A stretch of DNA of 64,000 nucleotides, taken from a virus. Taxonomy: Duplodnaviria > Heunggongvirae > Uroviricota > Caudoviricetes. Below are positions 39,554-48,658 of the stretch, piece by piece. The position numbers and the translations under genes were made by a program. The notes below the pieces were generated by a model. It saw only the letters and a program-made list of their open reading frames with translations. It made no database searches and was not told the DNA's origin. The stretch lies in IMG/VR virus record IMGVR_UViG_3300022178_000016; one strand, given 5' to 3'. The stretch's first letter is position 1. Every line of letters starts with the position of its first letter.

Positions 39554-40535
39554 ACTTGCTCCTATTGAGCTATTTGAATTAATGGATTAGAGTTGGTAAC
39601 TCTACCTGCGGAAACTCCGGCTACGAACCCACTGCTTATTTTTATTTTGGAGATTAGGTAGTTGAAACAATCGGAACAACAATCACACATCATTTATATT
39701 AAACAGAGGTCGTTACCCTCTGCCCAACTTATACTTAGTTTGACGATTAACACCACCAGCACTTTTATTCTCGAAATCAGTGACAAACATGCAAGCTTCT
39801 CGACTATAAACGTTGTTATCAGGAAACTTAAAATCTTTATCTAAATTGTACTTATCTTTACCACTGATTTGACCTTTAATCCAAAGGTCGAAATTTTCAA
39901 GTTTAGGTAGGTCGCTAAGGAAATCAGCGAAACAGTGCCATCTTACATCCACTGTCGTACCTTTCCACGCATACCCTCTAGGATCTTTCTGAGAGTAGCA
40001 GCGTTTAAACATATTAGACCACAGCTGCAAAGCTTGTTTATAGTAGGAAGGTTTATTGGGTATTTCTCCAAGAAAGCCTATGCCATGTTTATTCTTAGCA
40101 TAGAAATCTTTAACCTTCCCTGCACGTACATTATCTATATTAGCTTTACGTGTATAACCAGTATCATCGAACTGCACTATGGAAGTTTTACCTTTGACTG
40201 CAATAATCTTCCCAGAATGCCCACTGTTATTAGTGAATAACTCTGTTGAAGTTTTCCAACTGTCATCTATTTGTTTAATTAAATCGTCACACATTAAGAG
40301 ATTCCTCTAAGTTTTAAGTTGCTGCATATTGCTATGCAGATTAGACTATATCACGCTTCCTAAGAAGCCTTACTTTTTCGACTGCACTTGCAGCCTACTC
40401 TACTCCCTTCCACCTCAAGGTGTGGTTTCGATAGTCGTTACACGTTCTCATTTCTGAGCTTCGCTCGGTATTGCCCTTTACATTTGTAGAGGGTGTCCAC
40501 CGAATTTAATAAGTTTATTGACGACCTGTATTTTA
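39554..40535 (-). mobile_element. group I intron (IA-like) at 3' end of large terminase gene, with ORF in P9 extension; 3' boundary not resolved
   Basis: On the minus strand: P1 GACGAU/GUCGUC with a terminal U.G pair; a P-like AAATTCGGTGGAC (40495-40507); a Q-like AATACCGAGCG (40462-40472); a GAAA-loop hairpin; R TAACGACTATCG (40429-40440); S GATATAGTCTAA (40341-40352); P9 CTGCATA-GCAA-TATGCAG (40322-40339). Confidence 0.6.
39713..40294 (-). CDS. intron-encoded ORF, candidate homing endonuclease of unrecognised family (193 aa)
   Basis: GAGGAA RBS immediately after the intron P9 hairpin. No GIY-YIG, HNH or LAGLIDADG motif recognised. Confidence 0.5.
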   Translation of the reverse strand: MCDDLIKQIDDSWKTSTELFTNNSGHSGKIIAVKGKTSIVQFDDTGYTRKANIDNVRAGKVKDFYAKNKHGIGFLGEIPNKPSYYKQALQLWSNMFKRCYSQKDPRGYAWKGTTVDVRWHCFADFLSDLPKLENFDLWIKGQISGKDKYNLDKDFKFPDNNVYSREACMFVTDFENKSAGGVNRQTKYKLGRG

Positions 40536-41936
40536 ATCGTCATGCCCTTTACGGCCACCATCAAAAGCTTCTAACTCTTTGTAGAAGAATGTATTATCTC
40601 CGTACACTTTATCCCATAAATCAGTTGCACAACCTTTTACAACAGAAACATAACCGTTATAAGATGCAGCAGCAAACAATCTAAACCTGTCTAGCTTATT
40701 AGCAAGAGCTTTCTTAGGATAACATCTGAACCCTGCTTTAATGACCTTATTGACAAGTTCCCTACAAGCACCCTTAGAGGCTGCGTTAGGATCTTCTGGC
40801 AGTATTATATCTACCCTACTACCATCTTTAATTGCTTGATCGACAATGAACTGTTCCCATTCACCAAATTTCAAATGGGTTCGGACTACATCAAGTATTA
40901 CATACTCCCCAGATTTCTTTTTCCTACCCATCTTAACTGAGGCGAAATAGTCACACCTTCCTGCATTCGCTGCGTTAGGTATTTCCCCCGCAAAGTCATA
41001 AGCTCTCACTACTTTGTCAAAATCTGACATTGGGGGAGGTGCTAGGATTTCTTCACAGTAACTTCGTTCCCAATAACTAGAATTCATTGGTCTGGCAAAC
41101 CAATTCCCAAATAAAAGTCGCTCTTTTTCCACATGGGGGAGCATTTCGAGGTTTGATTTATAGCTTGGGTTGCTTTTCTTAAGAGATGGATTGTCGTCAA
41201 TAGTGCCAAACAACCCTTGAAAGGATATTGGTTTTATTTGGTCTGGGTGGTCGTGAGGTAATTCTGGGTTTGCATATTTATCTAGTAGTTCTTCTGCTGT
41301 GTCCCCCCAAACAACCTCACCATTAATCCTCAGAAGATAACGGATGACCCCGTTTCTTTCTGGATTAGGTCTTCCCGCTAACTCATGGCCTTCTGGGTAC
41401 AGGTACCACATTGCATATTTAAGTACCCAACTTGTTACGTCAGGGTTGCAAGAGAGCCATAAACTGTGTACATTATTTGCAGTAGATCTTAGCCGTGACC
41501 AAAGCCACCAAATATGATCTTCTTCACTGTGAGTAACTTCATCATAAAAACAATTTGAAATTTGTATTCCTTGATATAATTGGGCGGCGTTACTGTTCTC
41601 GTAGTGAGAAAAACTAACCTCAGCACCGGAAGAAAATACAATCTTCTGATCTTTCATTTTAACTTTTATTTTAGGATCATATATTCTATATAGGGCAACT
41701 GCTTCCCAAAACAAACCACCAGACTTCATAATCGCGGTAGAGTTTTTTCGGATACAGTACCCTCTGTAATTAGGATCATGAGCAAAACGTAAATGCCTCA
41801 TTAACCCAACATAACTCTTAGAACTTCCAGCTGCGCCGCCCACAAGCATTATCTGGGCATCGGACTTTAAGTATTTTTTCTGGAAGGGAGATTTAGGTGA
41901 TATTAAAGCACCCTTCTCTTCTTTCTCTGTACTCAT
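40533..41936 (-). CDS. terL: terminase large subunit (467 aa)
   Basis: Walker A LVGGAAGSSKS and Walker B CFYDEV. Nuclease-domain acidic residues in the C-terminal half. The stop codon lies inside the putative intron. Confidence 0.75.
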   Translation of the reverse strand: MSTEKEEKGALISPKSPFQKKYLKSDAQIMLVGGAAGSSKSYVGLMRHLRFAHDPNYRGYCIRKNSTAIMKSGGLFWEAVALYRIYDPKIKVKMKDQKIVFSSGAEVSFSHYENSNAAQLYQGIQISNCFYDEVTHSEEDHIWWLWSRLRSTANNVHSLWLSCNPDVTSWVLKYAMWYLYPEGHELAGRPNPERNGVIRYLLRINGEVVWGDTAEELLDKYANPELPHDHPDQIKPISFQGLFGTIDDNPSLKKSNPSYKSNLEMLPHVEKERLLFGNWFARPMNSSYWERSYCEEILAPPPMSDFDKVVRAYDFAGEIPNAANAGRCDYFASVKMGRKKKSGEYVILDVVRTHLKFGEWEQFIVDQAIKDGSRVDIILPEDPNAASKGACRELVNKVIKAGFRCYPKKALANKLDRFRLFAAASYNGYVSVVKGCATDLWDKVYGDNTFFYKELEAFDGGRKGHDD

Positions 41937-42059
41937 TAAAACCTCTTTTAGTTGGCACTATACCAACCCACTAATTAAATCTAGTAACAGCCACTCTACC
42001 ATGCTGTTAAAAATGGAAGATCAAAGTACCCTCCCTCTCCTCTATCACCGTTAGGTGAA

Positions 42060-42674
42060 TTATTCGTCTTCGTACTCATCTTCTTCTATTTCCATAGAGA
42101 AGGCAGGTCTCACATGCTCACCCTTCGCAGCAGCCTCTTTAGCTGCTTGCACAGGATCGTTCTTAGCAACAGCTCCAATCTCTTCAGCTTTCTTCTGACT
42201 AACCGCCAAGGCTATCTTACGTTGCTTACTTTCTTCAATAGCTTTCTTCAAAGCAATATCTTGACTAACAACCCATTTAGCAATCTCCACACGAGTTTTA
42301 GAAACAGGTACATATCTAATCAATACTTCAACCAGAAGTTGTTCTGAGATAACCTTACCATTAGAATCTAACTTCTCAGGTTCTACTTCCACTATCTCAA
42401 ACTTAGCTGATTTACTCTTATGTAATATCCCTTGCTTCTCTTCTGGGGTTCCTTCCCACACTTCCATCTCTGGAACCAAACCACCAATCAAAGCTTTCTT
42501 AATAATCTCTGAGGCTGGTTCTGTGAGGTCTGCAATCTTCCTAGCTACTGTTCCCATACCTTTAGACATACGAGGGACACCAGCACCAGTGTTCTTATTA
42601 GGGCTTGCATTATGTTCTGCTAGAGCCTTCTGTTGCTTCTCAGCTTGGGCTTTAGTTAATCTTGGCGATGGCAT
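42060..42674 (-). CDS. terminase small subunit candidate (204 aa)
   Basis: Directly upstream of terL. A basic N-terminus and an acidic C-terminal tail (EIEEDEYEDE). Confidence 0.4.
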   Translation of the reverse strand: MPSPRLTKAQAEKQQKALAEHNASPNKNTGAGVPRMSKGMGTVARKIADLTEPASEIIKKALIGGLVPEMEVWEGTPEEKQGILHKSKSAKFEIVEVEPEKLDSNGKVISEQLLVEVLIRYVPVSKTRVEIAKWVVSQDIALKKAIEESKQRKIALAVSQKKAEEIGAVAKNDPVQAAKEAAAKGEHVRPAFSMEIEEDEYEDE

Positions 42675-42694
42675 GTTTGCCTCTTATTATTCTT

Positions 42695-42743
42695 AGAAAT
42701 AAATAACCCCTCAAGGTTGCGCATCGTTGATAGGCGTGAGGGG
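42695..42743 (-). terminator. rho-independent terminator downstream of tRNA
   Basis: CCCCUCA...UGAGGGG stem followed by UUAUUUAUUU on the minus strand. Confidence 0.5.
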
Positions 42744-42846
42744 TATGATTAAACAGGGCTTTCCACTAACGTAGGAAATTGCTAACCTTACGAGTTCATT
42801 CAAGAACCATCCTGTGCCAAAAGTATGGCACCACCTAACAGGTGTT

Positions 42847-42922
42847 TGGCCAGCTACTAAGGAGTCGAACCTCAAACCGCTGGTTTTGGAGACCAGTGCT
42901 CTACCAATTGAGCTAGTAACTG
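42847..42922 (-). tRNA. tRNA-Trp (anticodon CCA)
   Basis: Cloverleaf folded by hand: acceptor CAGUUAC/GUAGCUG, D arm GCUC-AAUUGGUA-GAGC, anticodon loop CUCCAAA, T arm UGAGG-UUCGACU-CCUUA, discriminator G and an encoded CCA. Confidence 0.8.
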
Positions 42923-43260
42923 TTAATTCTTTAGCCTGTCTACGACACACCAGAAGGCAAACTCTGGAGAGGAGAGGATTATGAGTTCCTTGTGTCTTTC
43001 CACCCGTCCTTAGACAAGGTGCGAATATCTCGAATTAGGTTGTTCAGCTTTTATGTGAGTTATTACTGAACTAGGGAACCGTAGACTTATCAAGTCATTA
43101 CAAACGACAACCTGCTCTGCTGTACCGGAGTCTAGCCCCTTAACTTAAACCTGTGATTAAATCAGGCTACCTCACACAGAGCGACTTCTTTAAATTTTAT
43201 AGCTTATATACAATAATACCATACTTTCCTAAATTTTGCAAGCTTTATTTCAATTTATTT

Positions 43261-43467
43261 TCAATAATCACTACTATTTGGTGTATTCAACCCTTCTGTA
43301 AGGTCTTCAAACTGATATTCATGATCCCAACTATCATCTTCTTGATCATAGTAACGAATGGAACCCCTACAAATACTACACAGGTCTTCAGGTGTACCGT
43401 CCTCCTGTGTAAGCTTCAAATCAGTTGCTGTTAACGGTGCATCACAACACCGACATCTTGTACTCAT
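43261..43467 (-). CDS. zinc-ribbon small protein (68 aa)
   Basis: CRCC...CSIC cysteine pairs and an acidic C-terminus. Confidence 0.45.
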   Translation of the reverse strand: MSTRCRCCDAPLTATDLKLTQEDGTPEDLCSICRGSIRYYDQEDDSWDHEYQFEDLTEGLNTPNSSDY

Positions 43468-43541
43468 CTTATTATTCTCTATTGTTATTAGTTAGTTTAA
43501 TACCCTTAAAGGGGGTATTTTGTTATTTAGTAGGTGGTTTA

Positions 43542-43745
43542 TTACCCTAAGTGAAGGTATGTCTTCTCTTGAAGATTATTCTCTTTAGACATTGTGGGAT
43601 GAGAACGCATTAACCAGCCATTCTTATCTACAGCTTTAACCTCTGCTAAAAGATCAACCACTCCGTAGTCACTATGCACATCTTGTATGACCTCCATGTC
43701 TAAAGGAAATACAGACAACGCCTCAATCAACTCTTTAACGTTCAT
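43542..43745 (-). CDS. hypothetical protein (67 aa)
   Basis: ORF. Confidence 0.4.
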   Translation of the reverse strand: MNVKELIEALSVFPLDMEVIQDVHSDYGVVDLLAEVKAVDKNGWLMRSHPTMSKENNLQEKTYLHLG

Positions 43746-43978
43746 AAGAACCTCCTACCCAAAATAATATTCAATATAATTCTGACACTTGTAGGGAACC
43801 GCAATACCCTTACATAATGACACTCTCGAGTAGTCTACAACAAATACTATGGAAGCAACTACTAAAATAACCAACCCTGTCTTAATCTTCTCTTTCATTA
43901 AATTCTCCAGTTCATAATACCATTCTACAGGTTTTAAATTTAAAAGTCAATAGCCTATTAGATTATTTAGTTATAACA

Positions 43979-44386
43979 CTAATCACTAATGGTTATATTG
44001 TTATCCTCTCTATACTTCTTCTCTTTTAACTGTAAGATGTAGTCAATACTGTTTGTATCTCCCATATCCTCTTGGTAAGCAATAATAGAATCTAGGTATG
44101 TGTTACTCACAGAAGACAATACTACCCAATGTAAAGACTCTGTACCAGACTTCCCCCTACTACCACGATACAAGCTCTCACGAAGCACCTCAAAAGGTTG
44201 GTCACTCATTATGGTCATGTCTATATAATCAGTTAATCTACCACCTCTACGAGCATAATTGCGACCCCCATCTGTGAAAATAGCCCCACATTTACAAGTA
44301 ACATAGTCATGTCTGTGGTGAGAAGTTATTATATCCCCGCATAGACGACAACCTACCCTGTTCAAGATAATCTCTCTATCACTCAC
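43979..44386 (-). CDS. Cys/His-rich hypothetical protein (135 aa)
   Basis: CRLCGD...HHRHDYVTCKCG metal-binding cluster. Confidence 0.45.
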   Translation of the reverse strand: MSDREIILNRVGCRLCGDIITSHHRHDYVTCKCGAIFTDGGRNYARRGGRLTDYIDMTIMSDQPFEVLRESLYRGSRGKSGTESLHWVVLSSVSNTYLDSIIAYQEDMGDTNSIDYILQLKEKKYREDNNITISD

Positions 44387-44625
44387 TCTCTAAACCCTCC
44401 AAACAATAGTAACGCCACCACTATAAATGGACTGAACAAGAACCCCATAATGAAGGAAGCTTGTATAATACTACTCGTAGATGCCTCTGTAACCTTCTCA
44501 GACTCGCTTAGGAGCTTTATCTGCTCTGCTACATAGTCTAGGCTACCAAAGTGGTTAATCAAGCCCCAAGCGGTTCCTAGAGTGATTGTAGCACTAACTA
44601 TGAAGTAGATGTATATGTATGTCAT
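44383..44625 (-). CDS. small membrane protein (80 aa)
   Basis: Two hydrophobic helices. Confidence 0.4.
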   Translation of the reverse strand: MTYIYIYFIVSATITLGTAWGLINHFGSLDYVAEQIKLLSESEKVTEASTSSIIQASFIMGFLFSPFIVVALLLFGGFRE

Positions 44626-44715
44626 TTTATTCTCCTATTGGTTTCCAAAGTTTAGCGAAGCGTAATACCTTCGGTATACCCTCTCCTGTAAGATAAACGT
44701 TAATTTCACTGCCCA

Positions 44716-45021
44716 TTAGTAAATACCCTCATTAATTGCTTTAATGATGTCATCTTTTGTCTTGAGTTGGTACTTCTCATCAAGGCCATCATTTTCATCT
44801 TTTAATGCCTTCTCAATAGTAAGTTCTTCGCAGTCTTCTACATCTATAGCTAAAAACCTAATCCTGCCAAATTCATCATAACAGCTGAGTCCTTCAATCC
44901 CAAAGAGTTGTTGTCTATTGCAATTACATGACCCATTACCCTCAGCCCACCAATAAATGCTGAACGGGTAGTCACTTTTAGCTGTTAATCCTGTTTCCTG
45001 ATCTTTAAATGTTACTATCAT
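44716..45021 (-). CDS. hypothetical protein (101 aa)
   Basis: ORF. Confidence 0.4.
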   Translation of the reverse strand: MIVTFKDQETGLTAKSDYPFSIYWWAEGNGSCNCNRQQLFGIEGLSCYDEFGRIRFLAIDVEDCEELTIEKALKDENDGLDEKYQLKTKDDIIKAINEGIY

Positions 45022-45063
45022 ACAACCTCCTGATATTCACCACGTCTATTTTCCTACTGTATG

Positions 45064-45294
45064 CTAACCAAGTCTCGCAATTGCCTGACCTCTACAATCG
45101 TCCTTTGATGATATAAGTTGTTCATAGGAACTATCTGGATATTTACCACCCTGCAGGTATTCGAATATTATTTCCCCTCCGTCATCACACACCCATTCAC
45201 CTGTATATGTAAGCTCTTTTATGACCCCATTAATTACTAGGTAGCCAATATCACCCTTCTCCATAGTTATTTTATGTTGCTCTGTGTATCGCAT
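45064..45294 (-). CDS. hypothetical protein (76 aa)
   Basis: ORF. Confidence 0.4.
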   Translation of the reverse strand: MRYTEQHKITMEKGDIGYLVINGVIKELTYTGEWVCDDGGEIIFEYLQGGKYPDSSYEQLISSKDDCRGQAIARLG

Positions 45295-45548
45295 AACACT
45301 TCCTCCCTATATTTACCACGTTTAATTATCTGATATAGTTCATCTAAATCTCTATACCCGAACATCTTGTACCAACTAGTATAAGGTGTCAAGGGTTTAG
45401 GTGAACATTTATGTTTCTTCTTAGAACCATGTTTGTTTACGTGGAGTGTTTTAATAGAAACATAACCATCAAACCTATAAATCTTCCCAGTTGCTAGAGA
45501 TACCGATCTTTTAGAGTACCTCAATCTCTTGGGTTGTATTGTTTTCAT
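45267..45548 (-). CDS. basic hypothetical protein (93 aa)
   Basis: Lys/Arg-rich. A CAGGAGAA RBS precedes it. It is the first gene of the leftward early unit. Confidence 0.4.
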   Translation of the reverse strand: MKTIQPKRLRYSKRSVSLATGKIYRFDGYVSIKTLHVNKHGSKKKHKCSPKPLTPYTSWYKMFGYRDLDELYQIIKRGKYREEVLCDTQSNIK

Positions 45549-45905
45549 AATATTCTCCTGTTTGTTATGGATTATTACTAATAGTATTTAGTTATTAATA
45601 TTAGTTATTATTATATTTAATATATACATGAAATTGAGGAAGAAAGTAGAAGGAAAAGAAGCCCTATACCCAACCTCCAAAGAGGATGAGTAGTGGTTCT
45701 CCTTTCTACTTTAACCAATACATGAAACCGTATCAGAATGGTAGCTTACCATTGTTGGTAAGAACGTACAAAACAAGAGTACGTTGGGTTACTCTCACAA
45801 CCAAATGGAGTAACGGTCAATAGGATAACGCCTTGGAGCGTCTAGTCATATCGGGAACCTATTGACACACCTTACGGTGAATGCCCTTTTCCCGCCTACC
45901 AGCAA

Positions 45906-45934
45906 TTGACTAGCTGATGGTGTAGGTTTAATAT
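45906..45934 (+). promoter_or_regulatory. sigma70-like promoter TTGACT-N17-TAATAT
   Basis: TTGACT at 45906-45911, a 17-nt spacer, then TAATAT at 45929-45934. Confidence 0.45.
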
Positions 45935-46203
45935 ACACACCCATGTCTCTCTTCCCGTTATTAAGGAGAAGCCTACCCATGTGTATACGATACTCTTTAT
46001 CATAAGAGTCAAAAGCTAGACAGTGTTCCTTGTTATCGGATTAAGGTCTAGGTGTATATAGTCTCATGGATTTTCAATTCTGTCAACCCCTATTTAACAA
46101 ATAATTCAAATATACTCTATCTTTACACTTCTTTACACTATGAGGGGGTGTATTATTAGGAATTCATGATACTATATGTAGGCACTTTAATTAATAGGGG
46201 GAA

Positions 46204-46416
46204 GTGATGGAAGAAGATTTTGATAGTGTTTGTAGAGCTGATCCAGAGATGAGGGCAAATGGTTGGGAAATTGGCGATGGGTGGGCGTGTATGGAAAGGT
46301 GTGATTATGGTGATTGGGTCAGTTACGATGATTACAATAAACTCCTAGCTGCCTACAAAGAACTTAAAGAGCGCCACCAGAAGCTTTTAGATTTAGCTGG
46401 GAGCAGTTACTTATGA
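46204..46416 (+). CDS. hypothetical protein (70 aa, Cys/Trp-containing)
   Basis: ORF with a GGGGGAAG RBS. Confidence 0.45.
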   Translation: MMEEDFDSVCRADPEMRANGWEIGDGWACMERCDYGDWVSYDDYNKLLAAYKELKERHQKLLDLAGSSYL

Positions 46417-46736
46417 GTGAGGATGTAAATGACCTGAAAGAATATGTCGCATTTATTATAAGGGAGTCATTCAAGAATTCTGGAGTAGACATACCTATGG
46501 AGGATCAAACTACGTGGAAAATTGTTCTTTATAGACATGCCCGTAATTTTGTACCCGACACTTTATCAGGATATGGTGTGCTCCTAGTGACTTCCTACAT
46601 GGATAAGCTATTCGATATAGCAGTTCCTCCAGATCACCTAGAGAATAAGAGTGTACTAAGATTCTTAAAAGAGTTGCATGAACTGCAAGATTACATGTGT
46701 ATCTACAACAAACCTTGGGAGGAAGATATTGAATAA
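46413..46736 (+). CDS. hypothetical protein (107 aa)
   Basis: ORF coupled to its neighbours. Confidence 0.45.
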   Translation: MSEDVNDLKEYVAFIIRESFKNSGVDIPMEDQTTWKIVLYRHARNFVPDTLSGYGVLLVTSYMDKLFDIAVPPDHLENKSVLRFLKELHELQDYMCIYNKPWEEDIE

Positions 46737-46932
46737 CGACATAGAACAACAAGCAGTGGAGTTAGCCAGACAACATACTCTTGAAATGCAAAATGAGCTT
46801 ATTAAGCTGCAAGACAAGATGTTGGAAGCTGGTATGAATCCAAATGACTACACAATTAGTCATAATATAAATGATATTATTGAGGGTAAAACCTTAGAAT
46901 TTAAATGTTGGGCAGTTAAGAAAGGAGATTAA
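46729..46932 (+). CDS. hypothetical coiled-coil protein
   Basis: ORF 46678..46932. TTG at 46729 is the likely start, overlapping the upstream stop. Confidence 0.3.
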   Translation: MNNDIEQQAVELARQHTLEMQNELIKLQDKMLEAGMNPNDYTISHNINDIIEGKTLEFKCWAVKKGD

Positions 46933-46935
46933 TTA

Positions 46936-47847
46936 ATGGCAAGACCACGTAAGAAAAAAGAAGATACACAAGCACCTACAAACAAACACATTGGTAGCGA
47001 TGTTGGTGAGTTCTTTAAAGAACAAGAAATCATCCCTACAGTGGATGTTGGTGCAGAAGTTGTAGAGCAGGCTCTTGTAGATAACCCAGAACTAAGTCAA
47101 GAATTTATTGAAGATGCCTTAAAAGCTACTCAGGAAATTGAAGAGGGGGATGTAACTCCTTATACAGGCTCCTCAGAAGCCTTACAGGAAGAAAAACCTT
47201 TAGGGGATACCGAAGTATCAGATCCTGAAGAAAACGCCTCAGATAGCGTTACAGAGCCTCCTGAGAGCATCTTCGTAGAGAACAGTAAACAAATCCTGTT
47301 TAATGGGCAAGGAAACCCTGTACCAACCACTAAATTAACCTTGAAACATGTCTATATGCAGGAGATGGTTGCAGATATTCTTCAAGTAGCATATCTTGGT
47401 GGTGATCTTGATCCAACATTCCATCCAAGATTCACTGCTGTGCCATTCTTGTGTAAGATGCTGATACCAACAGACATGATGGCCGTATACGAGAATAAGA
47501 CTCAAAAGGCAGAATATCACGAAGATGGTGAAGTAGTGTTGATTAAAGCATTTGATGTCGTTACCCTCATCAAACAGCTTATTTCAGTTGGCAAGAAAGG
47601 TTATGTATTGACTCCTAAGAAAGCTGTGATTACAAATGGTAAATTCTTGGTTTATGTAACTGGAAGGGTTCCTATTAAACCTTCAATCAATTTTAACGTA
47701 GATGTACGAACTTTGGCTAAATATACTCGGGAAGAGTTGACATCGTTCGATATGGACACACTGAAAGGGCTTGGGGAGCGATATGGGGTGAGTCACAGAG
47801 CTAAAGTACCTTTGATAGCTTCAATTTTAAAAGCTCAGCAAGAGTAA
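46936..47847 (+). CDS. hypothetical protein with basic N-terminus and Rho-N/SAP-like C-terminal motif (303 aa)
   Basis: MARPRKKKED N-terminus. The C-terminal FDMDTLKGLGERYGVSHRAKVPLIASIL resembles a Rho N-terminal-type helix-hairpin. Confidence 0.45.
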   Translation: MARPRKKKEDTQAPTNKHIGSDVGEFFKEQEIIPTVDVGAEVVEQALVDNPELSQEFIEDALKATQEIEEGDVTPYTGSSEALQEEKPLGDTEVSDPEENASDSVTEPPESIFVENSKQILFNGQGNPVPTTKLTLKHVYMQEMVADILQVAYLGGDLDPTFHPRFTAVPFLCKMLIPTDMMAVYENKTQKAEYHEDGEVVLIKAFDVVTLIKQLISVGKKGYVLTPKKAVITNGKFLVYVTGRVPIKPSINFNVDVRTLAKYTREELTSFDMDTLKGLGERYGVSHRAKVPLIASILKAQQE

Positions 47848-47899
47848 TATAAACGGGGTCTGGCAAACCCCTTCTTAAACGTAGTAAGGAGCAGTAACT

Positions 47900-48658
47900 A
47901 TGGCTAAAGGTTCAAATAATACACCAAGAACAAGAAACTCTAAAGTTGCTTCAGGTAGCCCAAAAGTAGTTAAAGAGAAGTATGTCCAACAAAGGGAAGA
48001 TCAGATAAATTCCTCCCCTATTCGACCTCTGAACGCTAAACAAAAGCTTTATATGGACATGATAAATGATTGGAACATCCCGACAGTCCTCAGCACAGGA
48101 TATGCGGGAACGTCTAAGACTTATCTACCAACAGCAATGGCTTGTGATTGGCTTAGGACAGGTAAGATTGATAAACTAATATTCTCTCGTCCTAATATCT
48201 CAAATACAAAGTCTCTGGGCGCTTTCGGTGGAGATCTTTTAGAAAAAATGTCAAACTGGTGCATGCCCATTCTAGGTGTTTTGCATGAACGTTTAGGCAG
48301 GAATAATGTTGAGCTTCTGATTAAAGCTGGAGACATTGAGTTTGTCCCGTTAGAAGTTATTAAGGGTTTCTCAGCATCCAATTGTGTGTTCATAATGGAT
48401 GAGGCTGAAGATCTCACTATAGAAGAAGCTAAGAAGGTTATCACACGACAAGGTAAGGGTTGTAAGATGATCCTATGCGGGGATGTAAGTCAATCTGAAC
48501 TTAAAGAAAGAAGTGGCCTTAAGAAGCTAATGGAGATGGCTGAGAAATACGACTACCTAACACTAGGAACTGTAGATTTCAATGAGACATCTGATATTGT
48601 TAGATCAGATGCTGTAAAGAATTGGATCATCGCTTTTAATGAGGAGGAAAATAAATGA
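47900..48658 (+). CDS. phoH: PhoH-like ATPase
   Basis: Walker A GYAGTSKTY and Walker B IMDEAEDLT, followed by GDVSQSEL, which is typical of PhoH. Confidence 0.7.
   Translation: MAKGSNNTPRTRNSKVASGSPKVVKEKYVQQREDQINSSPIRPLNAKQKLYMDMINDWNIPTVLSTGYAGTSKTYLPTAMACDWLRTGKIDKLIFSRPNISNTKSLGAFGGDLLEKMSNWCMPILGVLHERLGRNNVELLIKAGDIEFVPLEVIKGFSASNCVFIMDEAEDLTIEEAKKVITRQGKGCKMILCGDVSQSELKERSGLKKLMEMAEKYDYLTLGTVDFNETSDIVRSDAVKNWIIAFNEEENK

Noticed and set aside
42711-42950. 79-aa minus-strand ORF overlapping tRNA-Trp and its terminator
   Set aside because: It coincides with a well-formed tRNA cloverleaf and a terminator hairpin, so it is a spurious ORF.
43069-45870. Repeated GGGAACC motif (43072, 43791, 45859) as a regulatory site
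   Set aside because: There are only three short copies in different contexts, which is too weak to call.
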